DNA of 64,000 nucleotides from Takakia lepidozioides (Eukaryota; Plantae; Bryophyta), in contig CM060733.1 of assembly GCA_030704615.1 (NCBI GenBank), positions 14,880,001-14,944,000 of the forward strand. The letters run 5' to 3'. Position 1 is the stretch's first letter. Each line of letters starts with the position of its first letter. Of the stretch, positions 51,473-64,000 are shown in pieces. Below the pieces are notes generated by a model. That model had not been told where the DNA came from and did not search any database. It was given only the letters and a program-made list of their open reading frames with translations. Both the position numbers and the translations under genes were made by a program.

Positions 51473-51695
51473 TTTTTTTTTCTTAATAAAGGGAAACACA
51501 TGGGAGCGACAGCTCACAAATCATAGTGAGAGGAGAAAATAACCTCGTTCACAGTAACCGTGCCATGGAAGCTGAGAAATGGGACACCGCCCAGGGAAAG
51601 GGGAGAAGAGTATATCGCACCTGGCAAGTAGCAGGATTTGACCCCAGAATCATCTGGGTGGCACTCAGTGCACTATCCAACTGAGCTACAGTGGT
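51473..51695 (-). mobile_element. tRNA-derived SINE, copy 3 (most complete head)
   Basis: Minus strand reads ACCACTGTAGCTCAGTTGGATAGTGCACT...GGGGTCAAATCCTGCTAC, then the shared body and an A tail. Confidence 0.82.
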
Positions 51696-51729
51696 TTTTC
51701 TCTATGGAATTGTTTTTTCTCTAATTTGT

Positions 51730-54261
51730 TTTTTTAAGGAAAGCTTGGGTCGTCGAGTGGTTGTGCCGAGGCCTGTCGGTCGCCCAAATCATGATGGAGC
51801 ATAAAGAGCACGTGATGAACAACACCGGCTTGGGCGATGCATGGACCCGCGATGATTTCTTGTTGGAGCAAGATGTTCGCAACCTTGCCGAGAAACGTGC
51901 GTGGCAAACCTTCAAAAAGCACGCCGATGATGCGGAGAGTGTGCGCATGTGGAGAGACCAGAATCATGGGTCCGTTTTTTTCTATCAAGAGGAGAAATTA
52001 GAGCCAACATTCGAGCATTTTGATGGAGATTTGACATTCACTATTGGCATACGGACTCTGTGGCAGAAACGACGAATGCTGAAATTAGGACATGACCGTA
52101 TCGTTGCATGTGATGCAACCTTTGGGACAAATCATGACAATGTACTATTCGAACGATTCCATGGACTTGTACGAGCATGATAGCATAGTACCATGCAACA
52201 TTCACATAAAATTTGGTGTGCTGACCTTTTCTGTATGTTTTCATGTGTACGTTGCGGAAGACCGAGGGGCAGACCCATTGTGAACCGCTGCAGACCTCAT
52301 CACTCTTATGAAGTCTTCTCGTGCAGAACTGAGCGGAATTTGCATGCTCTGACCATCTTACATTGTGCATTCCAACAGTTCCCATTGTACACGTTGATGG
52401 TCTTCAACGAGTGGTTGAACGGTATATCAGTTGCCTATATCCTATCCGCGAGGAATCGGACAAGAGACCTGGTTCCGTGGATGAGAGCCTTGCGCGATTC
52501 ACTCCTCGCAGATTTGCCGAGCTGGCAACCCAATGCTTTCATTGTGGACGATGCCGAAGCAGAAATCAACGCTATTCGGTAAGTCTGTTGGTCCACAGCA
52601 CCGGTCCATTGTCGAGGTCCACTACAGCAGTTCATTGCTACAGTCCACTGGCAGACTCCTGTGGCGAAACCCGATGGCAGTTCGCTAGGCAAATCCACTG
52701 ATAGTCCGTTGTCAAGTCCGCTCATCAGTCCCCTGGCAAGTCCGTTGGCAGTCCCCAGCAAGTCCATTCGGTAGTCCGCTGGCAAGTCCGCTGGCAAGTC
52801 CACTCAGCAGTCCCTGGGTCGGCCGTCCGCTGCCAAGTCCACTCGGTAGTCCCTGGCAAGTCCGCTCGGCAGTCCGCTGTGGCAGTCTAATGGGGCAGTC
52901 CGCTGCCCCAGTCCTAGCTAGGGGAAGTCCAATGGGGAAGTCCACTGGGTAGTCCAATGGGGTTATTCCAGCACATCAACGTCATGGCATTGTACTGTCC
53001 ACTAGGCGAGTCCAGTGGCTCTGCCCGCTGATACAGGTCGTTGTTACAGTCCACTCCGGCAGTCCACCATTGCAGTCCGATCCCAAGACTCTAATGTGTA
53101 CCATGTGTGTTGTGCAGAATTGTTTTTGAATGAGTATTCATTTTCATCTGCCTTTGGCATGTCCGCAAGGCATGGGTGAAGCAATCATGCAAGAAAACGA
53201 AGGATCCGGTGACCGCTGTAAACTTGTTGAAGGATATGGGAGACCTCATGTACTGTAGAGGGGGACCACGCAACGAGAAAAGAGCTCTTCGGTGGGTTGC
53301 AAGGAGAATCCGTCGTATGAGGTCAAAATACCCAAAAGGACATGAATTTCTTGACTATATCGAACAGTACTCGAAGCCCAAAATAGCAATGTGGTGTACA
53401 GCAGTCCGCCATGTCCCTCATGCGAGCTAAGACACAAACGCAAGCATTGAGGCATACCATGGAAATCTGAAGGCAAGACTTGCCATGGGGAAAGGCAAGA
53501 TGAGTGGTCGTAGAGTGGACTGGCTTATATAGGAACTCACTGGCCGTGTGCTAACACACTAATGGTACGCAATCCATTTGAAGACCCATGGGTTCATAGG
53601 AAATGACAAATACGAAAAATACATATCCAATTCTATACTTGCGGCACGAGACATTCCTTCTGAGAGTGTTACTCTTCCCTTGGGTCCTGGTGAACCAGCC
53701 TACGTTCTCAGCAGCAACCACCCCGGCACAACATACATTGTTTACAATCCTGATTGCGATTGGGGTTGTTGCACGTGCCCATGGGCAATGAAGGGAAACT
53801 TAGGCAAGCATCAGGTCCGTGTCCTGAAGATGCTTCACCCTGACCTGCAGGATGGCCTCCTTGTGCGCGCTTGTGGCACGGTGCTTGGAACCATTTATGG
53901 AGGATTACCTAACTTGCTCTTGGGCAATGGTGCCGGCGGCAACGACGAATCCAATCAGTTCATGGAAAGACATCCTCCGGACGACTTCCCCTACGACGAG
54001 GCACCTCTGGAGGTCTCAGCCTCAATGGAACAAGAATTCGCGGACATACTTCGCATTGTAGGTGATGACAAATACCTGGAGGCACATGCCCGATCTGCTC
54101 TTCATATGTGCAGAGGGCAGCTCGTTGATATCCTGGCGAAAAGTGCGGCTGGAATGTTGCACCCTGCGGCAGCGAAGGCTTTCCGTCCTCTGAACGACAA
54201 AAAACAACATGTCTCTGAAAAGGAGACGAGATTTCATGGAGGCCTGGAAAACCCGGCCTAG
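51730..54261 (+). pseudogene. MULE (Mutator-like) transposase with SWIM zinc finger; intron-containing, disrupted by stops
   Basis: Motifs ACDATFGTN, FPLYTLMVF, WQPNAFIVDDAEAEINAIR, FICLWHVRKAW, DTNASIEAYHGNLK, SWIM CTCPWAMKGNLGKH. In-frame stops at ~53428, ~53530 and ~53560. Confidence 0.85.
52600..53080. repeat. Degenerate ~12-bp tandem repeat (GTCCGCTGGCAA) in the MULE intron
   Basis: Visible units such as agtccgctggcaagtccgctggcaagtcc. Confidence 0.8.
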
Positions 54262-54869
54262 GGTTTTGCGGAGAACCAGCAAGAGGGTGTCTGCACCTGC
54301 ACCTGTAGCACATATATACTCGAAAATTCGCAAGGTTTCAGGTCGTGTAGATGTCACGAAGAAGACAATATAAGTCTGCAATGCCTCGAAAAGAGACAAG
54401 GTTTCACGTCGTGTAGTGTCACGAAGAAGACAATATAAGTCTGCAATTCCTCTGGTAGCATTGTCCATTTCTGAAATACAAGTCCGCAATGGACTAATGT
54501 CTCAGTCTCCCAACGGACTCCTCCAGTCTCCCAACTGACTCCCACACAGTCTCCCAAGCATAGTCTCCCAACGGACTCACGCACAGTCTCCACAGTCAAC
54601 AGACTACGAGCGCCAGTAAGCCAGTCTGCTGGTCAGTCTATTGCCCACTCCAAAAGTCTGCTCTCCACACTTCCACCTCATCCCTGCAACTCTTCCAGCA
54701 GACTGTGACTAAGTCTCAAGCAGACTCATCCACAACAGCAGACTCAAAATGGACAGGCTCCAGTGGACTACCTCCCTAACGACTCATGCCAATCCAGCGT
54801 CCCAGCGGACTCATGGACATGGTGCCTACCAGACTAGGTACCAGACCCACCAGTCCTAGCCTCGGCAGC

Positions 54870-56230
54870 GTACTGCTCACACATTCAAGCTCAGCAGACT
54901 CGGGTGCACAGTGCATGGAAAAATTAACACCATTGTGTCCATTGAGTTTAGTGACAACATTACAAAACATGCCAGACCACAGTACACAAAAGTGTCATCA
55001 CCACTGGAATAGTAAGCGAAAAGATTCGCATTTTTTATTTCGTACATAGACTTCACATGACAAGTACATCATACTCATGAGAGCAGTTTCTGACATTGTC
55101 CACCCCTGCACGATATACTGGGCACACTGCATTCGCTGCCAAAGTGCAAACTTGAAAGTAAACCAGTCCTTCGTGAAAGGTGTTCCTCTCTCTGGCTTTG
55201 CAGTCTTGGAGACATTTGCTCTTACTTTTACCAACTCATAAACACTTGCGTGAATGACATGACGTACAAGCCACAATCCAGCTAAATGGTTGCTGGGGCC
55301 ATCAGGCGCGTGGAATTGAAATGCTTGGACAATCTCATGCCACTCGGTGAGCCATCGAATACCCTAAGCACTCAGCATGAGCTTCCGAATGCCACCTAGC
55401 GGACATTTAGGCGACACCTGATAGGACAAAGATGCTATGACGAGTTCATGCCATGCTAATCAGACTCACGGTGAGTGGTAACAGCCCTTAAGGCGATGCT
55501 ACAATGACACTTCCTCCTTGCCCCCTGCAAATCAAACATGACAGGGTTTAATCGTGACTTGCCTGATGACTCAGATCTCAGACTGAATCTTGAAATGCCC
55601 CAGTCCACCGCACTGAGACATGGTGAGTGTAACAGCCCTTGCGGAGGTCGATGATACAAACCTCCAGTGCCCAGCAATGGTATCAAACAACATGACGTCA
55701 TTGACAATCATGGTGGGCAGACTCAGCAGCTCAATCTTCAAACCCAGTCCACTGCACAAATACGGAGGTCAACTTAATCGCTCAGAGTCAGACGACACTG
55801 CGCAACCGACTATGATCAGAGACAGTCTCACAGACTCGGAGAGTTCTCGTCCCCAATTGGCACCAAAATGAAATCGCACTCTTTCAAGTCCTTGCCCAGT
55901 CGTTCAGTGCTGAGGCAACCTTTCAAGACCTCCAGAAGGCTTTCACATTGCCCCACCCCCAATGACTTCAACACCGTCCACGTCGACGTTGGAAGAACAG
56001 CAATAGTGTTGGTGAACGCAGCCTCAACCGACTTCTCATAGAATCGACACCACAGCTCCAGGAGTCTATCTGTGCACTCCGACTCAACCTTCTAGAGCGC
56101 CTTTATGTCATCCGGCGACAGTCCGCATTCAAACCGTGGGTCCCCTTCAAAAAACATCAGCATGGAATTACCCGCCTTGACGTGCAGAGCATGTGCTTTG
56201 CCAAAACGAGCACCCATCCTACACAGAGCA
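54870..56230 (-). pseudogene. Ulp1-like (peptidase C48) gene remnant associated with the MULE
   Basis: Minus strand: ...LGKDLKECDFILVPI (~55850-55900) and a frameshifted PQQ..../DCGLYVMSF (~55255-55300). These resemble the Ulp1 'ILVPI..H' and 'QQ..DCG' motifs. The catalytic His/Asp segment was not confidently located. Confidence 0.55.
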
Positions 56231-57639
56231 GACCATCCTTCGGGAAGCCTCATGTACTAAACAGACTGACATCAACATGGTACCAAACACTCTACAGGCT
56301 GAACAGTTCATCAGACTGATTCAACATTCTTTCCCATAAGCTTGTAGAGTTGTTCTTCTCATATTTCGGAACAGCTTCAATGAATTGATATTTTTAATGT
56401 TTGAGAATGGTTAAGTTTCAAAAGATTCTCTCTTGAGATTGTTCTTATCAACTTTGCATCATTTTATTTTACAACTGTATCTTGTTACAGATGTGGTGGC
56501 AGCTGAAAAAGTCAGTCTTGAAAACCAAAGTGTTGGAATGTATATTTTGAAGTTTTTTAATGATGGTGTTGCATGTATTGTTTGGCAAGTTTTCTTCAAC
56601 ATTCTTTAAAAAAATTGGCGGTTGCATAAATAGGCGTTTTGGGATCATGCAATTGAATATTGATAGTCATTTCAAAGTTAGTTGCTTGTTCTTTATTCTC
56701 CAATAGAAATGCACACTCCCGCTTTTTGACAACGTGTCTCATTCAATGATTGCATTGTTGCTAGAGAGCATTATGGTTCTTTTGTTATGATATATTTGTT
56801 TGCACAAGAGTCCAATTCTTGGTATTCAATTTTTCCACTTGCTCATCTTGTGCTAATTCATCTTGTGCCACCACAAGCTTCCATTTGCGTTCTAACATGC
56901 AAACCTTTTGGCCTTTCCATCTTTCAAAAAATAATAACAAAAAATGTACAGGGATCAGAGGCCCTTGAGAATTTTATTTGGAATTATGTGGGGGAAAAGA
57001 AAACCCCCCAGCCCACCATAAAGCGCAGACACCATAGTCAGTGAAAGGATGAACCAACCCTCAAAGAAGAGCAGTGAAACACCAAGGAAGTGACCCCCCA
57101 ATAGTGGAACCAACTCCTACTGTTTCAAGGATCATCTATTTGGGAAGTAGTAATTACGTTGCTTCAAACAAATTCTACGGAAATAGCAAATAACCGAGCT
57201 GCAGCCCAAGCAGAAAAAGACAAGAAAGCTGCAGAGAGAAGCGCTCGAGAAAGCTGACAAGAGAAAGCTGATAAAGTTGTTGCTGAAAGGGCTGCAAAAG
57301 CTGAACGTTCTGAAGAGAATAAGAAAAGAACAGCTGGTGCGGGAGGGGGAAAGAAGGGGTGATCATCTTGAAATTACAGCAATCTTAGTTAAGGCATCAA
57401 GTCTAGTGACCAAGAACACAATTTTGAACACTGGATTTTCCAGTATATATATTGCACATTGCACTTCCCCAAAGTTCAACTCTTAGATGATCTAGATCCT
57501 GGCATGGGTTTCACGCAAAAGCCCCAGGTTGTGTGATTTAAATCAAGTATCCTGAAAGGGAAGCTGTACAGGTGGTGCTTACTGTCAATAACATCACCAA
57601 TTTTCATTTGGGCGTTGATTGAATCCATCAATGGATCCA

Positions 57640-60600
57640 TTGATCCCCTCTGGTTTCTCCAAATCAGGTCCCTTACTGATGTAGTATGTGGGCTTTTTGT
57701 CCATTCCTTAGATGCAGGGACAATGCGTCTCCAGAACCAGTGCTGGCGCCACACATGAATCATCTCTTCGATTGGCACGTTCTTGGTCTCAGGGAGGAAG
57801 AAGTAAATGAATATGGTCATACTCACAACCCATCCAACGAAAAATAAGAAAATTCCGTATCGAAAATAGCACAGGATGGTCAAAAAGGCCTGAGTGACGA
57901 CAAAAGTGAAGAGTAGGTTCACTGATACAATTATGCTCTGACCAGCGGAGCGTGTTTCCAAGGGGAAATCTCACTAGGCACCAGCCACCCTAGTGGACCC
58001 CAAGACCATGCAAAAGTTGAGACATAGATGCAAATGAGCACTACCACCGCATAAGCATCAGGCTTTGCTAGCGCCTTGTCAGCTCCAAATTTCAGTCGCA
58101 GAATGATCGCAATAATGTCACAGTTCCTAAAATCCCATAGACTTAACAAGACAAGACAATGACAACATGAGAGAGATAGAACGCTTTCATAGAGCATAAC
58201 ATTAAGATATGATCACAATACAAGCAGGAATATCTGCCTTGATGCCAACTGACATCTGAAACCCGTGTACCAACCAACGTAACAGATAACTACTTAGAAC
58301 TGACTAGTAACTGCTACTCAACGTTCAGGTACCATAGGGTGTGACGCTTCATATCATTAACATGGTTCAAGATTTCAATATTGATTGCTCAGTTGGAACC
58401 TCTTTTTGCGAAGAATGCATATTTGGCAAACAACATAGGCATTTCTTTCCTAAATGAGGAACATCATAAAGTATTTTGCTCCTCCAATTGATATTGTTTG
58501 CATGGGGCCGCAAACGTCTGAATGTACCAACTCCAACAACTCCACGGCACGACTTCCTCCTCCTTTAGGAAATAAATGCCTATGTTGTTTGCTGGAAAAT
58601 TGGGATGACTACTGCCATCACCAATTGAGAGCGGTTTTTCCTCTTTAAAATGTTGCGGAATGGGTGCTTCACCTGTAGGTAGGAAAGTACCAATGGGTTA
58701 GACAAAGCTTCGCGTTGGTATGTACAACCCTTATTTTTGTAATTGGCAAAGTCTGCAAGACTTTGAATCACTAACAGTCCAAAGCATCTCATCAGCCCCA
58801 CTTTCTATCTCCTTACTATGCTTAAAAATGAGGCTCAATTTCTGGTAGTACAGCCTTGAAGGCTGTAAAGAGCACAATCGCAACGGTAAATGTGGTCACC
58901 AATAAGCGACAACTCGAGTCCAACCCCTCTGCGGCATTTGTGGATCCTGTTTTGTAGGTTGTGACTGTGCCTGTGTATTTATCGGAGATGGCCCCTGCGA
59001 AGCTGCAATGGGCGCTAAATGTCATGTTCCAGCTTGCCACCACCATTGGCATTCTCTGTGCAAACATCATAAATTATGGTACATCCAAGGCTGAATGGGG
59101 TTGGCGTCTCTCTCTTGGATTAGCCGCTGTTCCGGGCCTTTGTCTCACTGAAGGAGGGCTCTTCTGCCCAGAGACCCCTAACAGCCTTATCGAACGAGGC
59201 CACCTGGTCCAAGGACGTGCCACGCTAGAGAAAATTTGTGGATGCAGAAATGTCAATGCGGAGTATGACGATCTGGTAGAGGCGAGCGAAATCGCAAACA
59301 AGGTGAGGTTTTATCCACTCCAAGGTGTTTTTGCAATCTAGTTTCAAACGTCTAATTACATGGCTGTTAGTTTGATGGCTTTGAGCAAGCTACTAGTCGG
59401 GAAAGAAGGGTTTAGGGTACATAGTTTGCAAAGTACCTCAATTCCACAGGTCTGGGTAATCTGATCGAGAACTGGGAATAACTCAAACATAAAGATCATG
59501 ATTCATAAATCATCATGAACTGAACTTGTCCTAGTGCTAGGAAGACTAAGGTTCCGAGTCCTCAATAAGCAATGGTAATTTTCAGCTAGAGCTCAAGAAT
59601 CTTTGAGCTAGAGCTACGCAAGATAAGTGGGATAAATGATCATGATTATTGCTGTCCACAGTGGAACTTCACTTGCAGTACACCCCTTCCAAAATGAAAA
59701 TGAAAATTTGCTCTGGAGGGCCTCGTGCATTTACATACCTAGTGATCAGAAGACCAACACAACTAGTTGCAAGGAAGATACATCATTTTGTTTACAATTT
59801 TCTCAATGTTGATTGAGACACAATGAGTCCACTGCTCGAATCGAAGGTAATAACTACTCAACAGCTTGAACCACGATTCACTTTACAGGTCCTGGAATTG
59901 AATGACTAGTGAGGTGGATGGCTTTAAAGCATTTGTGGAATAGGGGGATAGGGATTTAAAGATTGTCGTGTAACGCGTTTATACTGACGATATGAATCCC
60001 ACTTCTAGTACCTGCTGTGATAATTGATAGGGGGCCGGTGCGCCACCCACGCTAGCGGATGGCGAGGATGAGGGGGGCATATTTTTGTCGTTTCTCTATA
60101 ATGGAGGGGGCTGGGTATCGGTCATTACAGTATGTGAATTCAACGAAGTGAATGGTTAATTCTGGGGAGAGGGAAGTAGGTAGGGGGGCAATGATGGGTA
60201 AGCCTTGGACAAGTAGGAAATCCGGGCAGAGCCGAGAGGGGCAGGTACAGGGTGAATGATGACAAGTACACGGAAGCATAATGGGCAGTTAGGGGATGGG
60301 AATAGGCGTGGCCAAAAGATGTGCTTGCATTGGTGTCCCATGTATTGGGCGTAACGAAATCTGAGTGTTTGTCAGATTTGCGCGTCAGTGACAGTCTTGG
60401 TGTGCCAGAAGTAGTTTGACAATTTGTGGTGAAGAACTGTAGATTGTGTCCATTTTTGGATATGGGCTTTGATATGGCTGGTAGAGGCTGAGGCTTGTTT
60501 GTGTGCTTCGCGTGTCAAAGTGGATTCTAGGTTACGTATAGGCTTGGTAGTAGGGGGTCCTGGTACTGGACATAGAACTATCTAAGAGAAGTCCCAACAA

Positions 60601-61633
60601 GAAGAATTTAAAGGATCATGAAGTCTTGGGACTGACCTGATTGCCAAATCCCACACCGGCACCGAGCATGATTCGACCAATGATAAGCATAGCAAAGTTC
60701 TGAGCAGCTGCGTTCAGGATGGCGCCTGCAAGGAAGCTGAGACCCCCAAAAAACATAGTGTTCTTCCGGCCAAGCCGACGAGTGGTGTACGATGCGCCAT
60801 ATGTGGCCACCAAGCCTGCCAGGTAGAGAAAAAATGTAAATGCTTGCAGGCCTTGGCTGTCGTACTTGCAGTAGTCACTTTCACTGGCAGTATGTTTGTT
60901 GATGTATACATTCATAAAGAATTTCAGGAGGAAGCCATCCATGGACGTCACACCCCCTGTGAGTGTGCAACAAAGCAAACAGAAACATTGCAATGAGATG
61001 AAAAGAGCACTTGATATGTATCTGCGACAACTTCATACAGGGTGCAACTCGTTGGATTGGGCGATCTATGAAAGGCTCGTGCTCTTCCCTTTGTCAGAAT
61101 TAGGCCATACAACAAATTACATCTCTCTCTAGTCTCTCTCTTTCTCGCGCTCTCTTCCCCCCAACATAGCTCGGAGAACAGTGTCCGTGGATCCTCTGGA
61201 CCTCGAGCGGACAGCGGATGTACATGTACACCATTTGATATTCTTTTGGTGCTGGGCTCTTCATATGTGAAGAGGAGATCTACGATCTGCATGATTTCTA
61301 TATGGTTTCTAGTAGAGCTCTACAATATCAGCAGCAGATCATATGATCATTAAACCTGGCATCTGCTCAATCTTAATCTGAGTGTTTACATTGCATGCAA
61401 TGACCCGCTCCAATTGCAACGAATTACAATGGTAGTTATAGCACTAGTTACAAGATACTTGAAGAGTGGAGACTGCAAGAATGAGCAAGCCGATTCCGCA
61501 CCTGAGATACCAATATTATACCCAAATATGAGACCCCCACTAGCGACCACAATGCATGCCAGGACCACCTCCATAGTAACACAGCCTTCATACTGTCGTC
61601 TCGCTCCCACTGAATACCATTAGCACCAGCCAT
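57640..61633 (-). pseudogene. Sugar transport protein (STP/MST, MFS) pseudogene with one inverted exon, a deletion and frameshifts
   Basis: Exon1 ~61633-61502 (frameshift after ATG; GLIFGYNIGISG). Exon2 ~60957-60638 (GVTSMDGFLLKFF...GFGNQ). Exon3 on the + strand 58959-59301 (VPVYLSEMAP...PETPNSL). Exon4 stub ~58672-58583. Last part ~58120-57640 ([14 protein letters not shown]/frameshift/LETRSAGQ...[11 protein letters not shown]). Confidence 0.88.
59890..60570 (-). mobile_element. LINE fragment with zinc knuckle and restriction-like endonuclease region (Dualen/RandI-like)
   Basis: SNYFW...LRFRYAQYMG...NCPLC, then PDFL...IHFVEFTYCNDRY...KRQKYAPLI..I..GW...IITAG.R: a PD..E..K RLE pattern of non-LTR elements. 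Stops and frameshifts present. Confidence 0.65.
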
Positions 61634-62949
61634 CGCAATCTACCAAGAAAACGAAGTACAACTCCAGTGTTGTTCAGCCGTCCTCCGTGGATAGCATCTA
61701 CACCTTCTACCCTCTCTGGAATATGTGCAGACTCCTAATAAATCTGATGCTCAGGCTTCAGGACAATGACAAGAATCTCGGCAGTGTGGACAACGACACT
61801 GCAGGTGACATTTTATGCCCAACCCAACTCCAATTCTCTCACAAATTGAGGTGTAAGCTTGCAACCTTTACCGAAGAAAACCAACATAACACAAGCAATC
61901 TCTCTGCCCGAGAGAGTCCGTCGCCAGGATAGGAGTTCCCTTGAAGAGAATGGCTGCGCAGACTGGCCCTCACACGGAGATATCCATGGCTAGCATCCCA
62001 AACTTGTACACAAGTATGGATAGAGACGATCTTGCACAATTCTATCTGGCAGGCCAAGGTGGGTTGTGGAGGTGTTGTGGCAGTGCCACATTGCTACCAA
62101 GTCTCGATCCGCCCCAGTATTGTGCGCTTTATATAGCCCACCCCATTTTCATATTTTCTTTCTTGGGTCGTCAACAAGTATGTTCTATTCTTGGCTCTAC
62201 TGCCAAATTCTGCCTGATTGTGTGAAGATGAGAGACTGGGGATCTCTGTTTGATGATTCATAGCACAAGTGTGAGAGAATGAGAGGAATCTTGTTGTCCA
62301 TTTACAGCTTATGGTCTCTTGCTTGACCTTGCCCAAGTTGCTTCAAGTACAATGACTACAACCCATTTCTATTACTGCTGTTTGATCAAAAGATCTATAA
62401 AAAACTAAAAAGCAGTTTCTGGGTGGTCGAGTTGAGGATATCAAATTCCCCTTTAGTCCAGGCGATAACTAAGGAAACAAATTCTCGACACTTAGTCTGT
62501 GGTGCACATAAACTAAAAAGTGGTCAGAGACCATTCTTCTAGCGAATCCTTCTACATGAACAAAATTCAAGCTCCATCTCAGTGAGGCTTCCAACAAATA
62601 GACCAGCCATTCGCCATTTGACCACGCCATAGGTTCACATTTGCAACCAATCAATTGCCATCTCAATCAGCCAAGACTCGTTTTGTATGTTTGTGACTGC
62701 GCTAAATGGTCCCTACAGAGATGGGGTGGGCCTTGCCTTCGCACAAGAGGCTACACAGACGCAGTAGCCTTGATGGATCAACCAGCCAAGACCACACACA
62801 AAGAGTTACCATGGTCAGAGTAAAGCTATGGTTTATTTGTGCCTTTCTCCTGTGTAAAAAAAAGTAGTGCAGCAAGCTCCACACCTAGGCTTGGGTATGG
62901 CACTTGGAAAACCCACTCAATGCATACGTGCTTCTTCAAGCATTTCTAA

Positions 62950-64000
62950 AGTGGTAGACACATAGTGACTTGGGAGTGGAAAGTGAGGACGCAGTCAAAG
63001 AATGTCTGGATACATGGTCTTGTGTTGGAAACTTTTGACAAGGCCAATGGCAAGTGGTTAGTTGTAGACATGGGGGAGAGGGGTGTTTTGGAGATGCCAA
63101 CAAATGTTTATGAGGACTGGTCTGAACCACACCAGTTCCCTACATACGACTTTGCAGACACTCTTCACGACGATGATCATTTGGATAATGTGAATAATGC
63201 ATATGAGGATGATAGTGTCAATGACGAGGACTGGAAACTGTTGATATGGAACTAGAGGATGTGCCATAAGAGGACGGTGTGTCATTTGAGGAGTCGTCTG
63301 CTGCATCACAATGGGTGTGCAATGAGACTACTTTTTTAGGGGACAAATAAACATTTCAAGGGCTAGAGCCATGGCCGGCCAACAGTGGCTGGCATGAGAG
63401 GAGCCAGTATCCTGTCATTATTTAATTTGTTTTGGAGGCCAGTTATGGTGCAACGAAACTTGTAGGGAGACGAATCATTATGGCCCTGCTGAAGAAGTGG
63501 GCCTAGATGGGTGGCTCTGACAGTCCCTGATCTTCAAGCTTTGGGTGGGTATTTGTCTCTTCATGGGCATGAAGATGTTGCCGAATACTCGCTACTATTG
63601 GCAGTCCAACAATTGCCAATCCAGCAAAGTATTCTTTGCTTGCCTAGTCATTAGGAAGGTCAGGAGCATGGACAGACTTGAGGCCATACTCTGTTGATTG
63701 CATCTTGTCGATATTTCTCTGCCGGTTTCTGATCATAGTAGCCCTTTGTAAGACAAACTTGGAAAGGTACTGTGGACCTGCGATGAAATAGTCAGTAGGT
63801 GCAAGTTGCACTGGAATTTAGGGAAGATGTTGACACTGGTGGATGAGGCAATGATTCGCTACAAAGTCTACAAGTACTGTGCAATTCAACAGTACATGCC
63901 AAAGAAACTAGTGAAGAGCGGCATAAAAATTTGGGCATTGGCGGATGCTAAGTCAAGTCATGTGTATGATTTTGATGTGTAATGTGGAAAAATGGAGGCT
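62950..64000 (+). mobile_element. piggyBac-family transposase remnant (DDE_Tnp_1_7), runs off the window
   Basis: ~63835-63990 reads TLVDEAMIRYK...IQQYMPKKLVKSGIKIWALADAKSSHVYDFDV, matching piggyBac VDE.M..Y.P.KP.K.G.K.W. Upstream are LTVPDLQALGGYL/MGMKMLPNTRYYW and an acidic N-terminal stretch. Confidence 0.8.

Noticed and set aside
51640-51695. tRNA gene
   Set aside because: Only A/B-box-like heads, which continue into a shared SINE body and A tail; no proper cloverleaf.
56330-57450. Coiled-coil-like K/E/A-rich fragment, possibly a decayed TE gene
   Set aside because: No diagnostic motif could be identified.

Overview
Eukaryotic, intron-containing land-plant genomic DNA. The gene set and the TE complement (CACTA, piggyBac, RLE-type LINE) look bryophyte-like, but the species cannot be named from the sequence. 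The gene-dense core (13-51 kb) has six apparently intact genes: an O-fucosyltransferase-family (GT106) gene on +, and on - a WVD2/TPX2 (WDL) gene with an intronless CDS, a fibrillin/PAP gene, GT64 (EPC1-like), coatomer delta, and a DUF1279 plastid protein. The left flank holds a scrambled CACTA remnant, a 500-N gap, a 1.5-kb GTCACAGCC minisatellite inside a large duplicated repeat, and a Helitron-like end. The right flank holds a MULE/SWIM transposase pseudogene with a convergent Ulp1-like gene, a sugar-transporter pseudogene with one inverted exon, an RLE-type LINE fragment and a piggyBac remnant. The most notable observation is a LINE-derived 3' end that recurs 8 times in introns of three genes. 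It always ends in (CT)n, has ~17-bp target duplications at CT tracts in two cases, and forms stacked and head-to-head arrays. Exon coordinates were read by eye and may be off by a few bases.
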